A DNA stretch of 63,426 nucleotides, the filler included, from Octopus bimaculoides (lineage: Eukaryota), in assembly GCF_001194135.2 (NCBI RefSeq). It is 7 parts of 7 records of this genome, joined end to end, with 100 filler letters (N's around TTAATTAATTAA, not from the genome) between each part and the next. Parts side by side here need not be neighbours in the genome. Positions count along the whole stretch, not along the records: positions 1 to 9,909 come from NC_068982.1; positions 10,010 to 34,089 come from NC_068990.1; 5 more parts are not named here. One strand, given 5' to 3'. Position numbers and translations under genes: made by a program. Shown here piece after piece: positions 1 through 12,075 of the stretch (positions are counted from its first letter, which is position 1; each line of letters starts with the position of its first letter). The notes below the pieces were generated by a model that saw only the letters and a program-made list of their open reading frames with translations, ran no database searches and was not told where the DNA came from.

Positions 1-1224
1 TATGACTATGCTTTGGTTTGCCCAGTTTTCTAAACAAACATTTGAAAAAAAGAAAACTTGTCTTTCTGGTTTTTTTTTTTTTGCCGTTTTTATTGGCAAA
101 TAGCCCATAACATACATTACTATGTTCCATTGAAAGCAATCACCTGAATGTGGCATTTTGTGTATGACAGCTACTACACATCATGACTCTTGCCTTCATG
201 TACAATAAAGAATGAAAATTTTGTGAACAATTTTCCTTATTAACAAATTTCATTAAACTTCAACAACAGGGAAAACTTTTTTTAACGTTTTAAAAGATTT
301 CATTGTTCCTTCATGGATTATTTCATAGAAAATACCAGAAATAAGTAAATAAGCACACAGATATAGAGTTACATACATGTATATGATTGTGTGAGCGAAC
401 TGGTTGTATATACTTATCTCTGTGTATATGTATGTGTGCATATGTATAGACACACACATATATAGTAATATGTATATTGGTAAGCAGGATCCAGTCCATC
501 AATCTAGATTTGTAAATTATCAATTTGTGGTTTAAAATTCCCAAAATTTTCAGAAAGATGCACTGTCAACAAAATTATCCAGTCTCAGAAATTTGTCAGG
601 TTTTTAACATCAGGCTCTGATTAATTACTTTCATGTGCATAATTATTTATCGTTACTTCTTTATTTTTGAAAATAATTAACCATTGGTAAGTTTTAATCA
701 CGATATATCTTACATATTACATTAATTTTTGTACTGTTAGCATTTGATGAAGCAGCTAAACCAGAACAGTATTTTATGATGATGATTCAGTTCTTAGTAT
801 TTTATGTTGTTAATTTCATTAAAAAAGAAAATGTTGTCATTGATTGACCCTGGTTAATTCTACATGAGTAGATATAAGGTATGAAGATAGCTGGTCAAAG
901 GAATTTTCACTATAATATACTAACACTTAAAACACAATATCCATTTTAAAAGCAGTTTAAAATTTGCTTAGAGAGATATGACCTTATACAAAAAACAACC
1001 AAGTAGCTTTGGGAAAGTTTTTTTGTTGGTTCAACTTGAAAGGAATTACTCATGCTATATTACACTGCTATATTTTAGAAGAATTATCTTTGGAAACATT
1101 AAAAACATAATCAATACATCAAAACTTCTAAAGTTTGATACAAAGGACTTCAAAACTTGTCTTCAATCAGCTTACACACACACACACAATGTGTGTGTGT
1201 GTGTAATTCGTTGATGAATGTATA

Positions 1225-1385
1225 TAAATGATCATAATCATTGATGGCATTAGGAAAGGCACCCAGCTATAGAAACAATGCCAAAGCTGATATGGAGCAT
1301 GATGCAGCCCCGCAGCTCACTGGGTTCCATCAAAGCATCAAACCCATGCCACCATGGAATATGGACGTAAATGATGATGATGGCA
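1225..1385 (+). mobile_element. RTE-type LINE 3' UTR remnant ending in a (GAT)n tail
   Basis: aacccatgccaccatggaatatggacgtaaatgatgatgat matches the end seen again at 33200-33256 (acccatgctagcatggaaagcagacgttaaacgatgatgat). The RTE assignment is inferred from the tail type and the RTE coding fragments elsewhere in the window. Confidence 0.55.
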
Positions 1386-1663
1386 TTCAAAAGATGATAT
1401 GCACCCTAACATATATGGTATAAATCCAACACATTTTAATAAAATCTACCATCCATTTCCCTTTCCCAGCTACAAATTTCAAATAAATATAGACATGATT
1501 TGTATGAGTCCAAGACAAAAACACATGTCGTGCTTTTCCTTCTTTGTTTTTTGATATTCTGTATATTACTTAAACAGCCTAAACAGCTTATTTGGTCTGC
1601 TTTAATTAACAGCATAATTTTAAAAGAAAATGATTCAATGCCTTTTTTTTTTACCATACTCAC

Positions 1664-1801
1664 ATGGGTTAGATAATTTTATAAACTTCAGCATCCATAT
1701 TGTTGGAACCCTTATTTACAGCTGAATATCTTTCCTTTTGCCATTCATACAGTTGCTGTAAATACTTCCAAAGTAATTTATCTTCCCAAAAGGTTTTAAA
1801 C
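1664..1801 (-). CDS. Candidate coding exon of an unidentified host gene
   Basis: AG acceptor at 1803-1802, then 43 open codons (FKTFWEDKLLWKYLQQLYEWQKERYSAVNKGSNNMDAEVYKII), TAA at 1671-1669 and a GTGAGT donor at 1663-1658. The other two frames are closed. No family recognised. Confidence 0.3.
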
Positions 1802-2437
1802 CTATGTCATGTGAATGGATAGTCCATTGTGTTTCTTCAATATGGAATTAATAATTTCTTAAATGACTCACAACCACTGCCTCATCATGACATTTATTTA
1901 TTCTTAGAACTGACAAGCTGTTCTAATTTTCTGCTCTATCTTGATGTGTCTAAAGTTGATATATTCTCCAGAAAGTTACTTGAATGAAGACACAATTCTT
2001 CAAGTATTATACTGAAATTGTTAATCATTTACCATCATATAAACATTGTTGCAGTTATGAGCTATGTGCCTTGCACAAAATGTAATTCAATGCTGATAAT
2101 TTAACTCCTTTAGTAATGTTTAGTACCAGTGTTAATTTAAAGTTGTGGCCATGTACCTATGCTAGAAACAATTATTATTTACCTTGTTGTTGCTTTGTTT
2201 TATACAAACTATTCTAAATCTCATCCAGAGACCCAAAGTTAAAGTACATTGGATATTATATTATTTATGTTTAGCAATGATATATTGTCAAGAAAGAGGA
2301 CCAGATTCTGAGGACTAAAATTCTGTTAAATTTGTAATATTTCGATTTTGAAAAAGATTTAAGGGAATCTGATCTTTTCAAATGGACTGGGGTTTTTTTA
2401 TGGTATGGGCAGTACCGATAAGAACAACAACAACAAC

Positions 2438-2477
<40 letters not shown>

Positions 2478-3720
2478 TTCAAATTCCGCCTTTCATCCTT
2501 TTGGGGTCGATAAATTAAGTACCAGTGGAGTACTGGGGTTGATGTAATCAACTAGTCCCCTCCCACTAAATTTCAGGCCTTGTGCCTATAGTAGAAAGGA
2601 TTATTATTAAGGCAGCAAGTTAGCAAAACCATTAGAGTGCCTAACAAGATGCTTAGCAACATTTCATCTGTCTTTGCACTCTGAGTCCAAATCCCACCAA
2701 GGTCAACTTTGCCTTTCATCCTTTTGGGGTTGATAAATTAAGTACCAGTGAAACACTGGGGTCGATGTAATCAACTAGACCCTTCCCTGAAAATTTCAGG
2801 CCTTGTGCCTATAGCATAAAGGATTATTATTATTTTGATTTTGTATTTGGTTAAGGGTCACGGGTTAGCAGAACAGTTAGAACATCAGATCAAATACCTT
2901 AGGGTATTCATTCCTACTCCTTACATTCTGAGTACTTTTCTCACTGAAGTTAACATTGCCTTTCATCCCTTTGAGATTAATAAAGCATGAGTCAAGTACT
3001 GGGGGTGATTTAATCAATTAACTCACTCCTCCAGAAGTTTTTGCCTTGTAACCTGTGTTAAGAATTATTTAGAGCAGTGGATAGCAGAATCATTTGCACT
3101 TTTGACAAAATAGTCTTACAGCATTTACATGTTGAATTCAGATCCCAACATGGTCAACATTTTGCTTTTCATCCCTCTGGAGTTGATGGAATAAATTACC
3201 AGACAGCTACTGGGGTCAACAGTACTGACTAATCCCCTCCCTTCAAAACTGCTGTCCCTGTGCCAAATTCAGAGACCATTGTTATCATTTTTGAATTGCC
3301 AGAGACTGTGGTGCAGGACTAAAAGATTTCTTATAGTCATTATGCCCTTTGTATTCTGAGTTCAAATTTCACAAGCCTCGACTATGTCTTTTATTCCTCT
3401 AGGCTTAATAAAATAAGTTACCCATAATATACTGGAATTGGTATCTTCTTCTCTATAAATATGTGGGCTTGTGCCAAAGCTAAAATACATAATTCTTAAG
3501 GTGAGTTACAATAGCATAAACAGAAAACCATTGATTTAAAAGCTCAGATTATTTAGTTTTATTCTGTTACACTCTGATTTCAAATCCTGCCAGGATCAAC
3601 ATTGTCTTTCATCCCTCAGGGGCCAATATAAGTGTGAGACATATATTGGTTTTCAATCAGTCAGCTATATTCCTCCCTATTAATCTGTGGCCTTGTGGCA
3701 ATTTGCAAAAATCATGACTA
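2478..3720 (+). mobile_element. Head-to-tail cluster of about 6-7 copies of SINE family A (about 220 bp)
   Basis: Recurring core ctttgcctttcatccttttggggtygataaattaagtaccagt...actggggtcgatgtaatc...ggccttgtgcc with (att)n tails. Clearest copies are 2478-2608 (partial) and 2609-2834; more diverged copies start near 2860, 3070, 3295 and 3545. Confidence 0.8.
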
Positions 3721-3832
3721 TTTGTGTCATAGTTTACAGTTTCCAATGACAGCTAGTTTCTGTTCTTGAATTTACTTCATTCATCAATATATCAAAAGAT
3801 CATTTTGAAAACAATAGAAGCTGCTGTGCCTT

Positions 3833-3836
<4 letters not shown>

Positions 3837-3912
<76 letters not shown>
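3837..3912 (+). repeat. (CT)n microsatellite
   Basis: Read directly from the sequence. Confidence 0.95.
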
Positions 3913-3914
<2 letters not shown>

Positions 3915-6900
3915 TTATATATATATATATAACTTTTTTGAAACAGTGGATCTCAAAGTACATCAAGCTATAAACAATAGCATGGATATATATATATTTT
4001 ATATATGTATATATAATAATATTAGGGATAAAATCCAAAATTACAGGTAAAAACTCAATTAAAATCAATTTATTAAAAATTAAAATTAAATTAAGTTTCA
4101 CAGTATAAAATATATATAAATATATATGTGACAGTGGATTTTCATCGATGAGTTCATGAACCTTGGTTCTTTTCCCTAAAACTATATNNNNNNNNNNNNN
4201 NNNNNNNNNNNNNNNNNNNNNNNNNNNNNNNNNNNNNNNNNNNNNNNNNTATATATATAGCTCAATGGGTCTGTAATTAATGCTATTTGCAGAAACTATT
4301 ATTAGATCTCTATGTTTACAATAGATTACTTCACCTATATAAAAACTAACTGAATTGTGCCTAAATTTTAGCTAGGGAGAAGCAACAAAAACAAAGAATT
4401 TCCTCTAAAAACAAAGTTTTCCCTATATTATAAACATGTTACATCTCCCAAACATTCTTTCAAGCATACAGTTAATACCATTATTTATAGGAAGATACAA
4501 CTCCTTATAATAGTATTGTTCTGAAAGTCACTGAATTGTTGAAACACCACACATCTTATGATTTCATCTTCATATCAAGATTCAAAAAAATATACACAAG
4601 AATAAATTACCATTGCTTTCTCCAGCTTTACAGAAAATTTGAACCCAGCACTGCAAACTGACAAACAGATATGAAATATTGAGTTTACATGTTGTTAACA
4701 TCTCTATGAACTGATTCAGTTGATTTATCACTTCCAAAATTTAGAGCCAACATTGAAATATTGCTGAAACTTCTCCTGGTAGATATTTTCTACATATTGG
4801 TTTGGGTTTCTAGAACAGTTATCCATTTGAGTGTAAGACATTTTTTTTATCATTGATACTAGGGTATGCGACACTGAACTATTAGTGTTGATTGACCATT
4901 CATATATAAATAAAAAATGGTGAAGAGAGTTTTATTCCCTCTTGATATCTATTAATCTATGTGTAAAATACTTGACATTCAACCATATTTGACTTCCAAT
5001 TAAACTGACTATTTCTCTTATTCATCAAGATCAGCATCTCTCTCTCTCTCATTATTCATATCTCCCTAAAATTGCTTTTTTTCTTTTACATTTTATTTCT
5101 ACCTTTAAGTACATGACATAAAAGAAACTAAAATCAAAATCTAAACATAACAGAAGCAATGAATTCATTACCCTAATACATGCACACTTAGCATACACAG
5201 CTAGACAGATAGATAGATACATAGTTGGATGGATGGATAGACAGACCAACAAACAGACAGATAAACAGATTAACTTAGTATTGGGCAGCAATTATTTGTT
5301 TGCATTTAAACAAAATGTTAGTGTAGTTATAAAAGAGTTATTTCTTTCTATATACATTTTTCATCTTTATCAACACTTTGTTTAAATGTAATACAAGTAC
5401 ACACATATATACGTCTGTTTATACTTCATGCAAAAATGTAAAGTACACAATACACATAAGTGCCAAAAGTGTGTAGAGTCTTCTATATTTGTGTGTTGAT
5501 AAACAAGATTATTTCCTCATACCCAAAGGTTTTGTACAGATGATGTTAATCAACCAAACTTACTAATGAGTAAGGTTGATATCAGTTGATAAGGAAATTT
5601 ACTCACGCACAATGATAATATATATATATATATANNNNNNNNNNNNNNNNNNNNNNNNNNNNNNNNNNNNNNNNNNNNNNNNNNNNNNNNNNNNNNNNNN
5701 NNNNNNNNNNNNNNNNNNNNNNNNNNNNNNNNNNNNNNNNNNNNNNNNNNNNNNNNTATATATAAATCAATTTTAAAGAATTTTAGACTTTGCATATTTA
5801 ACTGTTTAGCTTAGTTAATATAATTATTTTTCACCTTCATTTTCTTTTTACTTTAGTCCCCTATTTTATATATCATTTTTATTTCTTTATCATTTAACTT
5901 TAGAAATTCATTTTTTATTACAAGAGAACATTTGGCATTATTCAAACATATCCATATATGTTAACCAAACATAAACCTGTATATTAAAATAAACTCTATT
6001 TGAATTGTATCTAGCTGCCACTAATCAATCACTGCCTTTTTTGGACATCCCTTAATATATTATGGTCCTATATATATGTAATATTATTATAGATTAAGTT
6101 TATGTATTTCTATACCTATTTCTCTTATAATTTGGCATTAAATTAATACTCTTGATATAACAAATATATTGTTATAAAAAGAATTTTATAATCATTTAAG
6201 ATTCTGTCACAATATAAAGTGTATAAATAGAAGACATATTTTTATCTGGCCGAGGGGAAAAGTTTCCTAACAGTAAAATATTTCTAAAACCAGTCATAAT
6301 TTTTTTAAATGTACATTATCCAATATTAAAATATAAGGAAGTTTCATAAACTGAAAGCAGTGTTGGTAGGCATGACATTTCATATACTTAAAGATGGAAA
6401 AAAATCTGCTAAGAACATGTTAAAAATTTGTATCAGTGTATAATACACATATTGCATGATTTTACACACATACACACATATACACACACATGCATACACA
6501 CACATCTACACATGGCAAGCTGTTAAAGACTGAAATGATTCTTTAGGCTTCCAGCAGGCAAATATAGGGTATGTGCATATAAGGGGAATTGGGTGGAGTA
6601 ACCAAGTAGAAATGGTAAATGATTCTTATTTTCATAATTAGCTGGTTATTATTATGTTTCAGCTAAGCACTGGCATTTTAAAACTGGATGCGATATTTAT
6701 TACTGCTTGCTCCCTGCTCACCTGTGGATAACAATGATAACACCATGAGGTGTCAGTACAACTCTCAATATCTAGCCTGCCTACTATAATTTATGATATG
6801 AACATATTTGGAATTTTCTAAATGTCTGTATCTGTGTCTATAGTTAATGATGGGCACAATCATAAGGCTCAAAGTTCAATCCTATTGCATGCTACTCAGG

Positions 6901-7873
6901 CAAATATCTTTTTATTATAGCCCTGGGTGGACCCAAGCTTTGAGAGTGAAACTAAGTTGAGAGAAACTATGTGAAAGTCATCAGATGAACTGCACCTATA
7001 ATCTAAATGGCCATCCTTATTACACATGTCACACTGAATATGCCTCTATTAGCAAAAGTCTCTATGGAGTACTCAGTTACTAATGCTCCAATTCAATAGA
7101 GAGGTAGTTTTGTTGGTCAAATAAATGAGATGCTTCATCATTCAAATTCACACAAGATTTATTCATCAAGAACTAATGACATGCAGTAACTGGAGTTCAT
7201 AAACATCATGGAAGACATTCAGAGAAGATTGGTGAGAGATAAACTGAGTGGAATTCATTGAAATTATTATGCTGGTAAGGACATGTTATGCTAACAGAAT
7301 GTGAATGAAAGGTTAGAAATTAGGCACAGTGGATATTAATCCAGAATGTGTTGAGAAGAAAAATTTAAGTTATACCTGAAAATACTCTTTCTCAACAATG
7401 AAATAATTATAATACTAGTTCAACATTCACAAAAAAGTCGTATAGTAGAGATCCATCTGATCGATGCCAACATGGAAAAATAGAGGTTAAAACAATCTTG
7501 ATGGTGATGATATTTTCATAATTCAAATTTTGTAATATTTCAGAACACATTTCCTCTTACGAAGCATATCTCATAATCTTTTTGATGATATAGATACAAG
7601 TGGTTGTGTATGATTTTTTTATGACATACCCACATTTCAAAATGAAGTATTTCAGATAAAAACAAACATTTTTAGGATATACTGGATTCTGCCTACTTAT
7701 GCTAAATTCATTCTGCCTTGTATTATATATATATGTATATATATACACACACACACATATATATATATATACANNNNNNNNNNNNNNNNNNNNNNNNNNN
7801 NNNNNNNNNNNNNNNNNNNNNNNNNNNNNNNNNNNNNNNNNNNNNNNNNNNNNNNNNNNNNNNNNNNNNNNNN

Positions 7874-7909
<36 letters not shown>

Positions 7910-8155
7910 CATATGTACACACATACATATATATACATGAATAGATATACATGTATATATATATACACACACATTAAATTGCAGTATATCAGGTTGCATG
8001 TCTCTAATCAATGCAGGGGTATCCATGTATCCATAAACAGAGCTAAGTATATTATCACAGGCTTAAACCTGAATTTCCAACATGATTATCAACTTAGCAA
8101 CTAATACACTGCAATTTATGGAATGTGGATGTACATGTCAATGTAGCCATGTGCG

Positions 8156-8220
<65 letters not shown>

Positions 8221-8285
8221 GATTGTATGCATGTGTGTGTAAATATGATTGTATGCACGTGTGTGTAAATATGATGTGTGTGTGC

Positions 8286-8326
<41 letters not shown>

Positions 8327-9139
8327 TGCATATGTATATATATAGATACATAGTTATTTTTATGTATGCTTATTTCTAATTCTTTGCAAGTGAATGTGTA
8401 CAGTACTACCACCGCCACCACTACCACCACCCCTAAAATGTATTTCATTTCTTTAATCTATTAAAATACCTGATACCAAAAATAATTACAGAATGACAAA
8501 CCCAGGTATACTTGACACAGTGCAAGTCAAAATTTTTAAAGATATTTTTATATTGAGCAGTATGAATGTGTGTATGTGTACATGTATGTCTGTGTGTATG
8601 TGTCAAAGAAAAATAACCAAGAATTGATTATATACAGTTTGTGGTTTCTCTTGTAACTGAATTAAAAACATACTAAACCATCCATGGAACTTTCCCTTCC
8701 ATATCTTGTATGCAATAACGTTTCAGTGTTATGTTTATGAAGAGAGATAAATGTATCTTTGTTGAATTATGTTTTTCTTCATTGTTTTTCATTGACCTTT
8801 TACTGTTTTTTTTTGTTTTGTTTTTTGTTCTCTTTTAATGTCTTCAATGAAGAGGGACTGCAATGTTAAATAAAAGAAATTTTGAAAAAATTGATGAATT
8901 TAGGAATGAGTTTTCTTTGTGTATATTGTTCTGTCTTATCTCAATTTCAAGTCACTAAACTGAAAAAAAAAACAAGCAAAACAAAAAAAAACAAACAAAC
9001 AAAACAAGCAAAAAAAAAACAAGCAAAAAAAACAAGCAAAAAGAAAGCAAATGGTTTTTAAGAAGATTATAAAAGAATGGTATTTCTAAGTTGTACTTGG
9101 CCAGGAGTTTGATCTCTGGGATTGTGTATCTATTTCTTT

Positions 9140-9360
9140 ATTTCCTACAGGGGGCTAAACATAGAGGGGACAAACAAGGACAAAAGGATTAAGTTGATTA
9201 CATCAACCCCAGTATGTATCTGGTACTTACTTAATCGACCCTGAAAGGATGAAAGGCAAAGTCCACCTCAGCGGAATTTGAACTCAGAGCGTAACAGCAG
9301 ATGAAATACTGCTAAGCATTTTGCCTGGCATGCTAACAATTCTGCCAGCTCACCACCCTT
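9140..9360 (-). mobile_element. SINE family A copy
   Basis: Reverse complement of the family A core: ggtacttacttaatcgaccctgaaaggatgaaaggcaaagtccacctcagcggaatttgaactcag...gctaacaattctgccagctc. Confidence 0.85.
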
Positions 9361-9581
9361 CTGGGATTGTGTATTGAAAGTGAACTAATTGCATCATTGT
9401 AGATTCACAATAGCACTCAAATATTTGCCTTTGTTTGATTTTGTAATGATATAATAAAAAATATATTTTAAATGGCTTTTGTGACTCTACAACAAAATGG
9501 TAATTTTAAGATATTTAAGGCAAATATATGGTTTTTATAGATTGTTTTATACATATGTATATATATATATATGAGGACCAA

Positions 9582-9909
9582 AGACTCGAGGTATTTCGTG
9601 TTGCAAGACAGTGTAGGAGAGAGAATAGTGATGTTGTAGGAGAGAAATGTGTTCGCATGGATGATGGTACGCTTGCATTAAATGAAGATGCAAAGAAAGA
9701 GGTCTGGAGATGCCACTACGATAGATTGCTTAATAAAGAGAATGAATGGGAGAAAGAGAGCCTGCCGTATGTCGACCCAATAGAGGGACCAGCTATCCGA
9801 GTTGATAGTACCAGGGTAGATAAAGCAATTAAGAGTATGAAGACCGGGAAAGCCCCCGGCCCATCAGGAATCACTGCAGAGATGCTCAAAATATCTGGCA
9901 GTGTTGGCT
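9582..9909 (+). mobile_element. RTE-clade LINE fragment (linker and start of RT)
   Basis: Open frame EDQRLEVFRVARQCRRENSDVVGEKCVR...VDKAIKSMKTGKAPGPSGITAEMLK; KAPGP-x2-I-x2-EMLK is the RT domain-0 motif of non-LTR elements. Runs into a gap. Confidence 0.85.
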
Positions 9910-10009
9910 NNNNNNNNNNNNNNNNNNNNNNNNNNNNNNNNNNNNNNNNNNNNTTAATTAATTAANNNNNNNNNNNNNNNNNNNNNNNNNNNNNNNNNNN
10001 NNNNNNNNN
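9910..10009. other. Assembly gap of unknown size with artificial six-frame-stop linker TTAATTAATTAA (first of six)
   Basis: 44 N + TTAATTAATTAA + 44 N = 100 bp. Linkers at 9954, 34134, 42014, 54948, 59164 and 61870. The 12-mer is palindromic and has TAA in all six frames. Confidence 0.95.
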
Positions 10010-10500
10010 ATAAGAGAACTATTGACCTCTATTTCTGACTTCAAGAAAACTAACATTGGAGTATCTGTACGCTGTACCTTGAAAAGCAGCCGCAAGAGAG
10101 GTAAGCGCTGTTCATAGTGCAACAACATGAGTCAAGTGAATTCCATCAGAAATCATAGCAGAAATGTTATGATTTATACAGAAGATGGGACATGTAGAGA
10201 TTCCCATTTGGTGTACGCAGCAGAATGCACGAAACACAAATTGATTTATGTTGGTTGTACAACAAAACAATTAAACAAAAGATTTAATGGGCACAAATAT
10301 GACGTCAGGCACAATAACGGCAGTTCGACAGACGGCTGCAATTTTGAAAAAGACTTGAAAGTGCATATTCTCAGAAAATATTCTGAATCTCTTTCATTTT
10401 CAATACTCAAAATGCATGAGGAGAAATATGATTGCGGTTATTAACATTACACCCTGGAGGAATGAATAAAATGACAGGAGAATATCATCAAACTTATACA
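10010..10500 (+). mobile_element. Penelope-like element GIY-YIG endonuclease fragment
   Basis: TCRDSHLVYAAECTKHKLIYVGCTTKQLNKRFNGHKYDV gives the (L)VY...YVG, R and H pattern of PLE GIY-YIG domains. It is preceded by a degraded Cys-containing linker (CTLKSSRKRGKRCS*CNN). Confidence 0.8.
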
Positions 10501-10806
10501 TAACTATTTGATTAAATAATCTTCTTTTTCGTTTTCTTTTTTCTTTCCTTTTTTTCTCTCTCTTTCTGTCTTTTTCTTTTCGCTAGTTATAAAATTGAAA
10601 CTTAAAAACTTATTGTGTCATTCCATCAACATGTGGACGGCAATTGCTCTCGTTCATACTTTAGATTTGAATTTCTATAAATTCGAATTTTTATCACATT
10701 ACGCTTGCAGTCGAAATAACGTTCAACCAATAAAATATCTATTGCAATCACATTGCACTATTCTTCTTGTCTGTTCACCTTTGTGAAGAGTTACATCAGT
10801 CCTTTT

Positions 10807-10807
10807 A

Positions 10808-10853
<46 letters not shown>
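10807..10853 (+). repeat. (ATT)n microsatellite
   Basis: Read directly from the sequence. Confidence 0.95.
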
Positions 10854-10858
10854 GAACA

Positions 10859-11175
10859 GAGTACGGAGCGATGACAGGAGCAAAAATTAATCAGGAAAAG
10901 TCGATGGGCCTGCAGCTGGGCATCTGGAGAGGCAGATCCATGCCAACTGACAGCATTGTGGGGCGCTGCACTGAAAGACCGGCTAAATTGCTCGGTGTCT
11001 GGTTTAGTCCGTGCTTCCAGGTGGACAAGAAATGGAAGTAGGTAACTAGCAGGGTAGCCAATCTCATCCAGAAATGGGCAGAGAAGAAACTCTCCCTGAA
11101 ATGTCGGGAGAAGGTGGCGAATGCGTACATCTTTTCGGTCATCCATTACCGCCTGACTGTCATCCCCTGCCCTAC
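10859..11175 (+). mobile_element. L1/Tx1-clade LINE fragment (RT C-terminal/thumb region)
   Basis: Plus frame EYGAMTGAKINQEKSMGLQLGIW...KLLGVWF...KW*VTSRVANLIQKWAEKKLSLKCREKVANAYIFSVIHYRLTVIPCP, matching the GAKIN-x2-KS, LGV and W-x3-LSL motifs of L1/Tx1. One internal stop. Confidence 0.8.
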
Positions 11176-11176
11176 T

Positions 11177-11710
11177 TCATGTAGGTAGGCATTGATCTTG
11201 GGCTGCTACGATAAACCCTTCTGTTTCTGATTTTAAGCCAAAAGACACTAACCATTGATGGGTCAGGGCTTTGTCAACATCAGCATTATTAGCTCTCTTT
11301 GGACATTTGCTATTGCGAGGTTTTTCTTGCCATTTATCAGTAAGAATATCTAAGGCAGCAGTTTTAGCACGGGTTTTCATACGCTTAGCTTTATCTGTGC
11401 TTGTTTCTAGTACGCCTAATTCTGGAATTTGTTGTATTTGGAATTCACTTAGATATTCCTTTGCCTGTTTTGTTACTGAGTATGATGCTTTCTTGTTTTC
11501 ATGTTTTGAGACGAGTTTTAACATCCAGTCCTCAGAATTTTTCAGGTAGGTGTCTAGGCCAATTGTGGAAACCTTCATTGTTAATTCCAGTTGTAAAAGT
11601 CCACGGTCACTGTCTTTTCTTGGCAGGTAAAATGGTTCTATATCTGCCTTTGGGTGGTGCATTCTATGCATTGTCAACAATTTTCGTATTTTTCTGTCAA
11701 GATTACATAT
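11177..11710 (-). mobile_element. Dong/R4-type LINE fragment (RT thumb to just before the zinc knuckle)
   Basis: LTMHRMHHPKADIEPFYLPRKDSDRGLLQLE...WQEKP...HQWLVSFGLKSETEGFIVAAQDQCLPT; the HPKAD-x3-Y-x-PR-x3-RGL and ETEG-x2-AAQDQ motifs are typical of R4-clade elements. Confidence 0.85.
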
Positions 11711-11870
11711 TTCAGTAATCGACCAGTTAATAATATTGAAACTAAGTTACGACGGGTATGGCTTTTAGTCATACCAGTAGCTGAACACACTTTCATTTAT
11801 CATCACATTTTCATAACACTAGTCTAATAAGAATTTGATTAATCTTTGCTCCTGTCACCGCTCCATACTC

Positions 11871-11926
11871 TCTTCTTCTTCTTCTTCTTCTAATAATAAT
11901 AATAATTAATAATAATAATAATATTA

Positions 11927-11989
<63 letters not shown>

Positions 11990-12005
11990 GTGGTGATGAT
12001 GATGG

Positions 12006-12051
<46 letters not shown>

Positions 12052-12075
12052 AAAACAACAACAACAACAACAACA
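11871..12075 (+). repeat. Compound microsatellite (TCT)n(TAA)n(GAT)n(CAA)n
   Basis: Read directly from the sequence; ends in a gap. Confidence 0.95.

Noticed and set aside
4611-4657. Short AG...GT bounded segment on the minus strand (CWVQIFCKAGESN or CSAGFKFSVKLEKAM)
   Set aside because: Only 40-47 nt, two frames are equally plausible, there is no recognisable family, and such segments are expected by chance.
9954-9965. Palindromic TTAATTAATTAA seen six times at regular-looking sites
   Set aside because: Always centred in 44 N + 12 + 44 N and has stops in all six frames, so it is an artificial gap linker and not a genomic motif.
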